Source of the DNA: Eubacteriales bacterium
Lineage (GTDB): Bacteria; Bacillota; Clostridia; Oscillospirales; CAG-272
NCBI GenBank assembly: GCA_045660785.1
Contig: JAZREL010000062.1
Location: 11,716 to 75,715, forward strand
DNA: 64,000 bases
Direction: 5' to 3'
In this document: positions 1 to 9,261 of the stretch, piece after piece
How positions within the stretch are numbered: the first letter of the stretch is position 1
How the letters are laid out: each line of letters starts with the position of its first letter
Notes under the pieces: generated by a model
The model's input: the letters and a program-made list of their open reading frames with translations, nothing else
Told to the model about the DNA's origin: nothing
Databases searched by the model: none
Position numbers and translations under genes: made by a program

Positions 1-305
1 GCTACGATTACGAAAAAGCAACCGTCGATTACTACAAAAAGCTCACCGAGCTATATAAGGGCAAGCAAATAATTGCCGTTTCTCCCCTTTGGCGCGGCGA
101 CGATATAGACAGGAAAAGGTTTGATTGGTGCAGGAGCACCATAAAAAGGGAATGCGAGAAATACGAAAGCATAACCTTCGTTGACGGCTACACCCTTGTG
201 CCAAACGTAGAAGAATGCTTTTGCGACAAAATACACCCGAATGAATACGGCTGCCTTTTACTTGCCAAGAATTTGCACAAGATAATTAAAAAGGTTAAAT
301 TTTAA
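1..305 (+). CDS. SGNH/GDSL hydrolase, 3' partial
   Basis: Frame starting at base 3 is open to TAA at 303-305: ...IIAVSPLWRGD...FVDGYTLVP...FCDKIHPNEYGC..., containing the block V DxxHPN motif. Not in the ORF track (no start codon in window). Confidence 0.75.
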   Translation, partial: YDYEKATVDYYKKLTELYKGKQIIAVSPLWRGDDIDRKRFDWCRSTIKRECEKYESITFVDGYTLVPNVEECFCDKIHPNEYGCLLLAKNLHKIIKKVKF

Positions 306-342
306 GAAGAAAATTCTTTTATAAAAATGACTTTGAACATAT

Positions 343-371
343 AAGGGCAGGCTTCTCTGCCCTTTTTATTT
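343..371 (+). terminator. Rho-independent terminator
   Basis: AAGGGCAG-gcttct-CTGCCCTT hairpin followed by a T tract, just after the SGNH stop codon. Confidence 0.75.
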
Positions 372-375
372 TAGG

Positions 376-404
376 TTGACATTTCAAAATGATTAGTATA
401 TAAT
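376..404 (+). promoter_or_regulatory. sigma-A promoter
   Basis: Perfect TTGACA (376-381), 17-bp spacer, TATAAT (399-404). Confidence 0.75.
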
Positions 405-468
405 TATATTGCATAACAAATGAAAATCGTCTTTGGGGAGCTCTTTTAGAGTTCTTTTTCTTTTTCTC

Positions 469-497
469 TTGACAAATACGTCTTTGTGGTCTATAAT
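469..497 (+). promoter_or_regulatory. sigma-A promoter
   Basis: Perfect TTGACA (469-474), 17-bp spacer, TATAAT (492-497). Confidence 0.75.
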
Positions 498-502
498 AGC
501 AG

Positions 503-580
503 CAAGATTTCAGCCAATGCCCATACTTTGTTTATGGGAACTCGATGGAAACGTCACTCGGGTTGAAATCTTTTTATTTT
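503..580 (+). ncRNA. candidate structured small RNA (three-way junction)
   Basis: Downstream of a consensus promoter; AAGATTTCAGCC (504-515) pairs with GGTTGAAATCTT (561-572), enclosing CCCATA/TATGGG and GATG-GAAA-CGTC hairpins, followed by a U tract; no ORF with an RBS. Confidence 0.45.
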
Positions 581-585
581 AATGT

Positions 586-619
586 AAAAAGGGAACAAGC
601 CGAGCTTGTTCCCTTTTTG
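586..619. terminator. bidirectional terminator
   Basis: AAAAAGGGAACAAGC-cga-GCTTGTTCCCTTTTT with A/T tracts on both sides, between convergent units. Confidence 0.8.
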
Positions 620-657
620 TCAAGTATGACAAAGTGTATTTTATGATTGTAAGCTTA

Positions 658-828
658 TCAGAAAATGCTTTCAAAGAAAGAGCCAAACGTGCCTTCCTTG
701 CCGAAGATGGTGTTGCCCTTTTCGTCGGTATAGGATGATTCACCGTTTTCGGTTATACCGGAGGTGAGAATAACGTCGGCAACCTGAAGCTCAATAAAAT
801 CAATGCTTGGCTTAATATACTTTTTCAT
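658..828 (-). CDS. 56-aa small peptide with MKKYIKP leader-like N-terminus
   Basis: AAGGAGG RBS upstream of ATG at 828; MKKYIKPSIDFIELQVADVILTSG...FFESIF; directly downstream of 842..3280. Confidence 0.75.
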   Translation of the reverse strand: MKKYIKPSIDFIELQVADVILTSGITENGESSYTDEKGNTIFGKEGTFGSFFESIF

Positions 829-841
829 TGTTCTTTCCTCC

Positions 842-3280
842 TTAGTCCTTGTAAACAGGTGTGTAAATGATAAACTTGCTTGTGCCAACCTCTTCAGCTG
901 TTAAGTCAGTTGTCGGCACCTTATCGTATGCGTGGTCCTTTGTGGAAACGGTAAAGCATACCTCGCTTTTGCCGCTCCACCATTCCTCTGTGATCTCAAT
1001 GAAAGTATCCTCGTTTGTTTTAACGTAGCTGTTGGAATATTTTCCTTCTGCATTTTTGACAATCAATCTGTATTGCCAGCCCGCCGCCAAGAAAATCTTA
1101 GAGCCGACGGGTAAGGTTTCCTTTGTGAATTTCTTTACTGTATAGAAGCCCGGGTAGCATACGTTTGTGCCCTTTGAGATCGTTCCGTTGCTTGTATTGT
1201 AGTATTGATTTCTTGTTACTTCCATTTCACTGACGGTAAGCTGCTTGTAGCCATCAATTTCCGTGCTTGGTGCGTCGGGCACATTCTCGTTATCTCCCGA
1301 GCCATCTCCGCCAACTTCTCCGCCCTCGTTTCCTCCTGCGTTGTCACCGCCTGTACCGTCGCCTGTGTTGTCACCGCCCTCGCCAACGTCGGGGGTTTGT
1401 GGAGGTGTGATTTCACCGCTGTCCTTATATTGCGATTCTGTCACCGCAAAAGGTGTTATAATTGCATTTTTAATTGCTTCAATTCCGACTGTAAGGGCCT
1501 TGTCGTCATTTATCTTATTATAATTCGTTGTATTAACGCCGTCAATTTCTACGCCTGTTAATGCATACACTAAAGCCAATGAAGCAATTTGTCTGCCGAT
1601 TGATTCGTTTAAGTGGTAGCCGTCTCGTGTTAACGTGTCACCTATATATGAGGTTCTTACGTTTTGAATTACCGTACCTGTGGGAACGATGATTTCAAGC
1701 TTGTCGTTTGGCACAATCTTTTCTTTCGTTGCAGAAATGATAGCACCGTACATTTTTGCTTGATCCCTTTCGTATCTGTCAAAGCGAGAATCGTTAAAAT
1801 CGCTTTGATATGCCCACGTCATATTCCAAGCCAAGCGCGCTGACGGACACATTGGCTCGACAATATCGATAAGCGCGTTTACTGACTCGAAGGAGTAAAC
1901 CTCACCGCTAAGTGGGCTAACCTGTTGAAGCACGATAAAGTCCCAGTTTTTGCTCTTTACAGTTTCTTCAAGAGTAGCATTTTTACTCGTCCAGTTTCCG
2001 CTCGATGATACTGTTTGGAGGTTGGCTGTTGCTCCCTGCTTGTGTCTGTAAATATGGTCGCTTATGCTTCCTGCACCGATATAAAGATTTGAAATTTCAA
2101 CGTTTTCAATTCCCATTGCCTTTGCCGCTTGGTATGAAAGATAGCAGGTGTCCTGTGAAAAGCTATTGCCAATCATAAGCACCTTTAATGCGCCGTCGTC
2201 GTTCCAATTTTGCTTGGTGTAGGTGTTTTCTTCAACAACCACATCTGTCGCGGGTACATAAATTTTGAGTGCGTTTTTTAGGTCATTTTCCGTGTAAGCG
2301 GAAAGGTCAACGCTTGGACTTGAGGACGTGTTTTCCGTTTTGTGCATCGCAAGGGTGAAGGATGCGGTTTTTGCACTTCCCCACCAATTTTCGTCGATTT
2401 TAAGAACGGATTGCTTTGTGTATGTGCCGCGCGTGGCGTCCTTATCAATTCTGTATTGCCAGTAGTTTTCACTATCGAGAATAATCAAAGAGCCAACGGG
2501 AAGGTCCTCGGGTGAAAGTGAAACTGCTGAAGCCCAGAACTTCTTGTTTAGATCCCATCCGCCTGCAGAAAGAGTGCCGCTTGACCAATAAGCACCCTTT
2601 GCAAAGGACATATCAAGCTGACGGTAGCTTACACCGTCGATTACCGTAACGTTTTCGCGTGTTGGCACTTCCTCCTTGGGCACGCCTGCCATAACGTCGC
2701 TATGCGAGCTTGCACCGCGATACGTTTTTTCAACAGCGTTGTCAAGATATGAAATTTTGCCGCGCGATTTTACGTAAAGTGAGCAGATAATATCCGCATC
2801 CCTGTTATCCTCGGGGATTGCTTTTACACATACGTTGATAAATGCAAAATCCGTATCTGTAAAATCATACGTTTTTACCTTGCTTGAAACGGGCTTTCCG
2901 TCGCTGTCAAGCGGGTTGCCCTCGCCTATTACGTTAACCGTTGATATAACCGCGCCAAACTCCAAGCTGTCGCCTGAAATTTCCTCGTATCTTGCAAGTG
3001 ATTGACGGTTAACGATATAGCTTTGTGTGTAGCCGCTTTCGTCGAAGGAATAGCCACGGTAAATGAAAATAGGGCTAACCGTTTCCTGTGTTTTTGAGTA
3101 ACACTTTGATGAAGTACATACGCCGTTTAACGTAATTTCACCAAAAAAGCCCTCTTCACTAAGCTCTACCTGATATTCATAGCTATGCTCGCCCGTGCAG
3201 GTAGCCGCGCTGATGCCAAATGCAAAAATGCAAATAAGCATAAACGAAAAAAGAGCTGTGATTAAAAGCTTTGCCTTCAT
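842..3280 (-). CDS. secreted multidomain protein with SGNH-hydrolase (DUF4886-like) domain
   Basis: Sec signal peptide; KVLMIGNSFSQD, WDFIVLQQVS, WNMTWAY and RDGYH motifs; Gly/Asp-rich linker; one domain repeated on each side of the catalytic domain. Confidence 0.75.
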   Translation of the reverse strand: MKAKLLITALFSFMLICIFAFGISAATCTGEHSYEYQVELSEEGFFGEITLNGVCTSSKCYSKTQETVSPIFIYRGYSFDESGYTQSYIVNRQSLARYEEISGDSLEFGAVISTVNVIGEGNPLDSDGKPVSSKVKTYDFTDTDFAFINVCVKAIPEDNRDADIICSLYVKSRGKISYLDNAVEKTYRGASSHSDVMAGVPKEEVPTRENVTVIDGVSYRQLDMSFAKGAYWSSGTLSAGGWDLNKKFWASAVSLSPEDLPVGSLIILDSENYWQYRIDKDATRGTYTKQSVLKIDENWWGSAKTASFTLAMHKTENTSSSPSVDLSAYTENDLKNALKIYVPATDVVVEENTYTKQNWNDDGALKVLMIGNSFSQDTCYLSYQAAKAMGIENVEISNLYIGAGSISDHIYRHKQGATANLQTVSSSGNWTSKNATLEETVKSKNWDFIVLQQVSPLSGEVYSFESVNALIDIVEPMCPSARLAWNMTWAYQSDFNDSRFDRYERDQAKMYGAIISATKEKIVPNDKLEIIVPTGTVIQNVRTSYIGDTLTRDGYHLNESIGRQIASLALVYALTGVEIDGVNTTNYNKINDDKALTVGIEAIKNAIITPFAVTESQYKDSGEITPPQTPDVGEGGDNTGDGTGGDNAGGNEGGEVGGDGSGDNENVPDAPSTEIDGYKQLTVSEMEVTRNQYYNTSNGTISKGTNVCYPGFYTVKKFTKETLPVGSKIFLAAGWQYRLIVKNAEGKYSNSYVKTNEDTFIEITEEWWSGKSEVCFTVSTKDHAYDKVPTTDLTAEEVGTSKFIIYTPVYKD

Positions 3281-3404
3281 AAAAATCTCCTTAATTTTAT
3301 AGAATTTGACATAACGTCAATTTTATGATACAATATATATAAGATATTTCATACTACATTTTAACAAAATAATAGCACATTTTGACACAAGGGGGTGAGC
3401 GAGT

Positions 3405-4271
3405 GTGTTGAAAAGTAACATATATCATTCACAAAAATTGAACAGACATACAAAATATACTGACGTGAATTACGGTAGCATAGAGTCTAACGAAGCGCCG
3501 CTTATAGTCAATATAGCAGGATGCATAAACGCGCCGTACAATCATCGAAATCTAAATAAAATCGGCAGAAACGATTACTATCTTATATATGTAATTCAGG
3601 GCGAGCTAAAGGGGAAAAATCCAAGCGGCGAAGCAACGATAAAGGCGGGAGAGCTTGTGGTTATGCCGCCTAAACAATGGTATTGCATTGACTGCTATGC
3701 AGATGATATGGTGTATTTTTTGTGTGTGCATTTTACGGGGTCGCAGGCGGCGGAAAAATTAAAAAAATACGGAATATCCATATTTCCGAGCGTGAATAAA
3801 TTGAGTGCTGACAATCAAGTGCAAAAAAGATTCAAGTCGATTTTTGATGCTTTTTCGCAGGAGGACGAATACCTTGGCGAGGAATTAGCCAATCTTTTGG
3901 AACGGCTTTTTATTGAAATTGCAAGAGGAATAAAAAACAAGGAAAACGATAAAACACCGCTGTCAAAATCAGTTAGATATATAAATGAAAATTATACTAC
4001 CGAAATAAGAATAACGGATCTTGCAAAAATGGAAAATATGTGCATGACCGCGTACAATAAGGCGTTCAAAAAGCAATTCGGCAAATCTCCAATAAATCAT
4101 ATAATAAGTCTGCGAATGCAGCTTGCAATAGAGCTTCTTGAAACAAGTAATATCTCAATAAAGGAAATCAGCTTTATGTGCGGCTATGATAATTTCAATT
4201 ATTTTACAAGAATATTCAAGCAATATATAGGCAAATCGCCGTCCAAATACAGAAAATACAAGCCCGAATAA
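3405..4271 (+). CDS. AraC family transcriptional regulator
   Basis: N-terminal cupin (DYYLIYVIQG) and C-terminal double HTH (SIKEISFMCGYDNFNYFTRIFKQYIGKSPSKYR). Confidence 0.92.
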   Translation: MLKSNIYHSQKLNRHTKYTDVNYGSIESNEAPLIVNIAGCINAPYNHRNLNKIGRNDYYLIYVIQGELKGKNPSGEATIKAGELVVMPPKQWYCIDCYADDMVYFLCVHFTGSQAAEKLKKYGISIFPSVNKLSADNQVQKRFKSIFDAFSQEDEYLGEELANLLERLFIEIARGIKNKENDKTPLSKSVRYINENYTTEIRITDLAKMENMCMTAYNKAFKKQFGKSPINHIISLRMQLAIELLETSNISIKEISFMCGYDNFNYFTRIFKQYIGKSPSKYRKYKPE

Positions 4272-4382
4272 GAAAAAACGTCTTAAAAAACGGGCGGCTT
4301 TGCAAAAATTATAATAAAAAAGCAGAATTTTGCGGCGAAATTATGCTATAATCAATTTAACGATATTTTAGGAGACGTCACG

Positions 4383-4979
4383 ATGAAAATATACGATATC
4401 TCACAAGAGGTTTTTTCATGCTCGGTTTACCCCAGTGATCCTGCGCCCGAAAAGACGGAAATTTGCTCTATTGCAAGGGGAGATGCTTGCAATTTGACCG
4501 CGTTTAGCATGTGCGCGCACAACGGCACACATATAGATGCGCCGCTTCATTTTATAAACGGCGGCAAGGGCGTGGATGAAATTTGCTTGGATGTTTTCGT
4601 GGGGATGGCTTACGTAGCGGAGCATCGCGGCACGGTTTTAGCATCCAACGCTGCGAAAATAATAGAAAAGGCGAAGGGGCTTTGCGGCGAGGCATCAAAA
4701 AGAATTTTACTCAAGGGAGAGCTTGAGGTTTCCTTAGATGCGGCAAGGGAATTTGCCTTGAGTGGAATATTGCTTTTGGGAAACGAATCACAAACGGTTG
4801 GCCCAAAGGATGCGCCGATGGCGGTGCATAAGGAGCTTTTGGGTGCGGGTGCGGCTTTGCTTGAGGGAATTCGCTTGGAAAACGTAGACGAGGGCGTTTA
4901 TTTATTAAACGCATCACCTCTTAATTTATCGGGTGCGGACGGTGCGCCCTGCCGCGCAATACTTATTGACCTAAAATAA
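4383..4979 (+). CDS. cyclase family protein (kynurenine formamidase-like metal hydrolase)
   Basis: HNGTHIDAPLH motif and C-terminal GADGAPCRAI. Confidence 0.9.
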   Translation: MKIYDISQEVFSCSVYPSDPAPEKTEICSIARGDACNLTAFSMCAHNGTHIDAPLHFINGGKGVDEICLDVFVGMAYVAEHRGTVLASNAAKIIEKAKGLCGEASKRILLKGELEVSLDAAREFALSGILLLGNESQTVGPKDAPMAVHKELLGAGAALLEGIRLENVDEGVYLLNASPLNLSGADGAPCRAILIDLK

Positions 4980-4989
4980 GGAGATAAAA

Positions 4990-5970
4990 ATGAAATCTTT
5001 TTGTCACGGTGAAATAAACGAATTTATTGATTGGCACGATACCGACGGAAATATAATAAATGCAAGCGACGGCGGAATTATATACGTAAACGGAAAATAT
5101 CATTGGTACGGAATGGCGTTTCGTCCGCTTCCCTTTTTAAGCGGCCCAAACGGCGGACAAATGACGGACGTCGGCGTTGTGATGTATGAGTCAACTGACC
5201 TACTTAATTGGAAATACGAGGGCGTTATTTTAGAGGTGAGCGATGACCCGACAAGCGAGCTTTATGGCCCTATGCGATTTGAAAGACCTAAGATTATCTA
5301 TAACGATAAAACAAAGCAGTTTGTTTTATGGTGCCATTATGTAAAATACCCCGGTAATCACGGAAAAAACGAGGGCGAGTGCGAAATGGGACTTGCCGTG
5401 TGCGACTCCGTTAACGGAAAATACAAGTGGCTCGGCTTTGATAGACCTATTGATAACGGTTGGGTGCGCGATATGACCGTTTATAAGGATATAGACGGCC
5501 AAGCATATTTAATTTACGACAGACACGTGGAAAACCCGAGCGCTGATAGATGCCTTCACGTGGTGAAGCTGAGCGATGATTATTTATCCTTTACAAGCAC
5601 GTACAAAAGAATAGAATCTGCCGCTTGGCGAGAGGCGCCTGCCATTGCCTACAATAACGGATATTATTATATTGTAACCTCAGGGCTTACCGGCTGGGAA
5701 ACCAATCAAGCAAAATCGTTTAGGACAAGGAGCTTGCTTGACGAGTGGGAGGACGTAGGCGACCCCTGCGTAGATGATTTTACCCATACAACCTTTAACA
5801 CCCAAAGCACCAACGTTTTTTCTGTCGAGGGCACAAGCACTCAAATTATAATGCTTGAAAGACACAATACCTCAAATTTTCTAAAAAGCTCATACGTTTG
5901 GTTGCCGATAGAATTTAACGACAACCACACTATTTCCTTGAACTATAAAAAGGAATGGTATTTTGAATAA
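4990..5970 (+). CDS. glycoside hydrolase family 43 (cytoplasmic)
   Basis: Five-bladed propeller motifs ERPKIIYN..T..FVLW, RDMTVYKD.DG.AYL, REAPA, TSGLTGW; no signal peptide. Confidence 0.85.
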   Translation: MKSFCHGEINEFIDWHDTDGNIINASDGGIIYVNGKYHWYGMAFRPLPFLSGPNGGQMTDVGVVMYESTDLLNWKYEGVILEVSDDPTSELYGPMRFERPKIIYNDKTKQFVLWCHYVKYPGNHGKNEGECEMGLAVCDSVNGKYKWLGFDRPIDNGWVRDMTVYKDIDGQAYLIYDRHVENPSADRCLHVVKLSDDYLSFTSTYKRIESAAWREAPAIAYNNGYYYIVTSGLTGWETNQAKSFRTRSLLDEWEDVGDPCVDDFTHTTFNTQSTNVFSVEGTSTQIIMLERHNTSNFLKSSYVWLPIEFNDNHTISLNYKKEWYFE

Positions 5971-5975
5971 TTACT

Positions 5976-6008
5976 AAAGGGAATAAGCTTCGGCTTGTTC
6001 CCTTTTCG
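5976..6008 (+). terminator. Rho-independent terminator
   Basis: AAAGGGAATAAGC-ttcg-GCTTGTTCCCTTT hairpin after GH43. Confidence 0.8.
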
Positions 6009-6061
6009 TTTTAAAGCTTTTGCGGCTGAAAATTGCACTTGTTACCAAAAGAGTAAGCAAA

Positions 6062-6360
6062 TGAAAATAATTTTCAAAAAAGTATTTCTAAAATGTGAAC
6101 TGTGAAAATTGACTTTTGAAACGGATTTTCAACAAAGTTGTCGAAAAAGTGAAAAAAATTTTCAAATTGAAAAATGAAATATGAGTGATTAACTATATAA
6201 AATATTACAGTATTTTGAAAATTTTGCGGAAATTGTTGACAAAACGGAAATTGTGTGCTAAAATCGGAATTGTGAAAGTAATTTTTATTATATTTGGAAA
6301 GAATTTTCAAAAAATCAAAATAAATACGAAAATAATTCTAAAAAATGAAAATAATTTTCA
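6062..6360. promoter_or_regulatory. BMC operon promoter with an array of 15-bp palindromic operator-like sites
   Basis: TTGACA (6236-6241), 17-bp spacer, TG-C-TAAAAT (6259-6264); TGAAAATAATTTTCA-like sites at 6062, 6117, 6150, 6273, 6295, 6327 and 6346. Confidence 0.6.
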
Positions 6361-6383
6361 AAACATTGAAAGGAGGCAAGTAT

Positions 6384-7223
6384 TTGAACAGGACTTTACT
6401 GCAGGCACAGCTCTTGTATAACGACATGGGCCGTTCCGAAAAGAAGGTCGCTGACTGGTTGTTTTCTCACTCTGGTGAGCTGCTTCCCTATTCCATAACC
6501 GATCTTGCCTCTAAATGTCAAAGCAGTGAGGCAACCATAGTTCGTTTTTCAAAGCGACTCGGCTGTTCGGGCTATCAGGATTTAAAAATCACTCTTGCCA
6601 AGGAGCACGAAAAGAAGGTTATCGTTCCTATGATAACAAGCGGGGACGATTGCTTCGCTATTTTCGAAAAGGTATGCAACGACGCATATATGTCACTTGA
6701 GCGCACAAAGAAAACTCTTTCTGCGGAGAGCATGACAAAAGCAACGATTGCAATATCGGAGGCAAGGAGGGTGGTTCTTATAGGACTTGGTACGTCTGCA
6801 CAGGTTGCGGAGGATGCGAGCAACAAGCTTCTGCGCGCGGGCTGTAACTCAAGTGCATATGCCGACACACATATGCAGGCAATTGCAGTTTCTCAGCTGA
6901 AGGCGGGCGACGTGGTTATCGGAATATCTCAATCGGGCTCATCTAAGGATATTGTAGAATCAATGAAGATGGCAAGGGCGCACGGGGCAACGACAATCTC
7001 GATTACCTCAAAGGAGCGCTCACCGATAGCAAGGCAAAGCGATATTCTTTTGCTCACAGATACCGAGGAAACAAGGCACAGCACCTTAGGGCTTAATTCC
7101 CACATCTCAAGGTTAGTCGTTATCGACGCCTTGTGCTACAAAATCGTTTATCAAAACTCTGCAAGAGCGCACAGCGTTGGCGAAAGCGAAGCAGAGCTTC
7201 AATCCAAGCGTATAATAGAATAA
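6384..7223 (+). CDS. RpiR/MurR family transcriptional regulator (HTH + SIS)
   Basis: SITDLASKCQSSEATIVRFSKRLGCSGYQDLK HTH and SIS domain (GISQSGSS). Probable start is TTG 6384 after AAAGGAGG (ORF track begins at 6345). Confidence 0.92.
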   Translation: MNRTLLQAQLLYNDMGRSEKKVADWLFSHSGELLPYSITDLASKCQSSEATIVRFSKRLGCSGYQDLKITLAKEHEKKVIVPMITSGDDCFAIFEKVCNDAYMSLERTKKTLSAESMTKATIAISEARRVVLIGLGTSAQVAEDASNKLLRAGCNSSAYADTHMQAIAVSQLKAGDVVIGISQSGSSKDIVESMKMARAHGATTISITSKERSPIARQSDILLLTDTEETRHSTLGLNSHISRLVVIDALCYKIVYQNSARAHSVGESEAELQSKRIIE

Positions 7224-7241
7224 TTTAAAAGGAGAGTAAAA

Positions 7242-8432
7242 ATGAAAATTCTCGTTGTAAATGCCGGAAGCTCATCACTTAAATATCAGCTTTTTGATAT
7301 GGAATCCGGCGCGGTTCTTGCAAAGGGCTTGTGTGAGAGAATTGGCATTGACGGAGTCATCACCCACAAGCGTCCAGGCAAAGAGGACTACAAGTCAGAA
7401 GCAAGTCTTGGTGACCACAAGGCAGCTATTGAGCTTGTGCTTAAGCTTCTTTGTGACAAAGAGCTCGGCGTTATATCAGGCGCTCACGAAATCGGTGCTG
7501 TCGGACACAGATTTGCCCACGGCGGCGAAAAAATCCGTCAGTCAAGCATCCTTGGCGAAAAGGAGCTTGAATATCTTGAAAGCATAGTTGAAATCAACCC
7601 GTTACACGGTCCGCCTGCGATAAGCGGATTCAAGGCGTGTAAGAGTGTAATGCCAAACATAAAGCACGTTGGCGTATTTGACACCTCTTATTATTCAACT
7701 ATGGAAGAAAAAGCGTACATATACCCTATTCCCTACGAGCTTTACCAAAAGCATAAGATTCGCCGTTACGGCTTCCACGGCACCTCACACAGATTTGTGT
7801 GCCAAAAGGCCGCTGAGCTTATAGGTAATAAGGATGCAAAAATAGTAACCTGCCACCTTGGCAACGGCTCGTCAATAACGGCAAGCGCACAAGGAAAAGC
7901 GGTTGACACATCAATGGGCTTCACCCCACAAGAGGGCGTGCCTATGGGAACAAGAAGCGGAACCATCGACCCAACGGTTGTTTCTTATATAATGAAAAAG
8001 GAAGGAATTTCACCCGAGGAGGTTGAAAAGCTTCTTAATTCAAAATCGGGACTTCTTGGCATTTCGGGCGTCTCAAGCGACTGCAGAGATATTACCGAGG
8101 CAAAGGAGCAAGGAAACAAGCGTGCGGAGCTTGCAATGGACGTTTTGGTTCATTATATTAAAAAGATTATCGGCTCATACGTTGCTGAAATGAACGGAAT
8201 TGATGCACTTGTGTTTACAGCGGGCATCGGTGAAAACGACAGATACGTAAGAGAACAGGTATGCAAAAATATGTCTTATCTCGGAATAGAGATTGACGAG
8301 GAGCTTAATATGACTTGCCCACGCGGCGAGGACGTTGAGCTTACAAAGGCAGGGGCTAAGGTAAGAACGTTCGTGCTTCCTACAAACGAGGAATATATGA
8401 TTGCTCTTGACACGTATGCCCTAACAAAATGA
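7242..8432 (+). CDS. ackA: acetate/propionate kinase
   Basis: MKILVVNAGSSSLKYQL, RRYGFHGTSH, CHLGNGSS, FTAGIGEN, PTNEE. Confidence 0.95.
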   Translation: MKILVVNAGSSSLKYQLFDMESGAVLAKGLCERIGIDGVITHKRPGKEDYKSEASLGDHKAAIELVLKLLCDKELGVISGAHEIGAVGHRFAHGGEKIRQSSILGEKELEYLESIVEINPLHGPPAISGFKACKSVMPNIKHVGVFDTSYYSTMEEKAYIYPIPYELYQKHKIRRYGFHGTSHRFVCQKAAELIGNKDAKIVTCHLGNGSSITASAQGKAVDTSMGFTPQEGVPMGTRSGTIDPTVVSYIMKKEGISPEEVEKLLNSKSGLLGISGVSSDCRDITEAKEQGNKRAELAMDVLVHYIKKIIGSYVAEMNGIDALVFTAGIGENDRYVREQVCKNMSYLGIEIDEELNMTCPRGEDVELTKAGAKVRTFVLPTNEEYMIALDTYALTK

Positions 8433-8475
8433 TTATTAAAAAAATTTATATACAAATCGAAAGGAAAAAAACAAA

Positions 8476-9225
8476 ATGAAATCAGCTTACGAAATTAAAA
8501 AGGAAATCTGTGAAGTTGGCCACGCGCTCTATCACCTCGGCTTCGTTGCCGCAAACGACGGTAATATCTCCGTTAAGGTTAGCGAAAATGAGTACTACTG
8601 CACACCAACAGGCGTATCAAAGGGTGCGCTTACCCCTGATATGATTATCAAGGTTGACAGAAACGGAAACAAGATTGAGGGCAAGCTCAATCCATCATCA
8701 GAAATCAAGATGCACATGCGCGTTTACCAAAAGCGTCCTGACGTTGGCGCGGTAGTTCACGCACATCCACCGATTGCAACTGCATTCACAATTGCAGGCA
8801 TCGACCTTGACCAATACATCTTGCCTGAGGCAGTTCTTACAATCGGCGAGGTTCCAACCTGCGCATACGGAACTCCTTCAACTATGGAAATTCCTGACTC
8901 ACTCGAGCCATACATCGAAAACCACGACGCTTTCCTTCTCCAAAACCACGGCGCTTTGACAGTTGGCTTCAGTCTCCAAAAGGCAATGTTCGTTATGGAA
9001 GAGGTTGAGTTCAACGCAAAGATTTGCAAGTACGCTATGGAGCTTGGTGCAGTTCACGAAATTCCTAACGATCAGTTAAAGAAGCTTATGGAGCTTCGTA
9101 AGAAGATGAACATCCCTGGCCGTCACCCCGGTATTGATTACGGTGAAGCAGAATGCAAGTGCGGCGCAAACGAGGAGCTTGTTGCTGAAATCACACGTAG
9201 AGTTATCGCGGCTCTCGGCAAATAA
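8476..9225 (+). CDS. fucA: class II aldolase (L-fuculose/L-rhamnulose-1-phosphate aldolase) with C-terminal encapsulation peptide
   Basis: DGNISV, PSSEIKMH, VVHAHP, LLQNHG; C-terminal amphipathic helix EELVAEITRRVIAAL. Confidence 0.85.
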   Translation: MKSAYEIKKEICEVGHALYHLGFVAANDGNISVKVSENEYYCTPTGVSKGALTPDMIIKVDRNGNKIEGKLNPSSEIKMHMRVYQKRPDVGAVVHAHPPIATAFTIAGIDLDQYILPEAVLTIGEVPTCAYGTPSTMEIPDSLEPYIENHDAFLLQNHGALTVGFSLQKAMFVMEEVEFNAKICKYAMELGAVHEIPNDQLKKLMELRKKMNIPGRHPGIDYGEAECKCGANEELVAEITRRVIAALGK

Positions 9226-9261
9226 TTTTCTCCTGATATAAAATAAAAAAGGAGATTTAAT

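Noticed and set aside
6074..6421. ORFs 6074..6310 and 6185..6421
   Set aside because: AT-rich operator/promoter region, no RBS, low-complexity translations.
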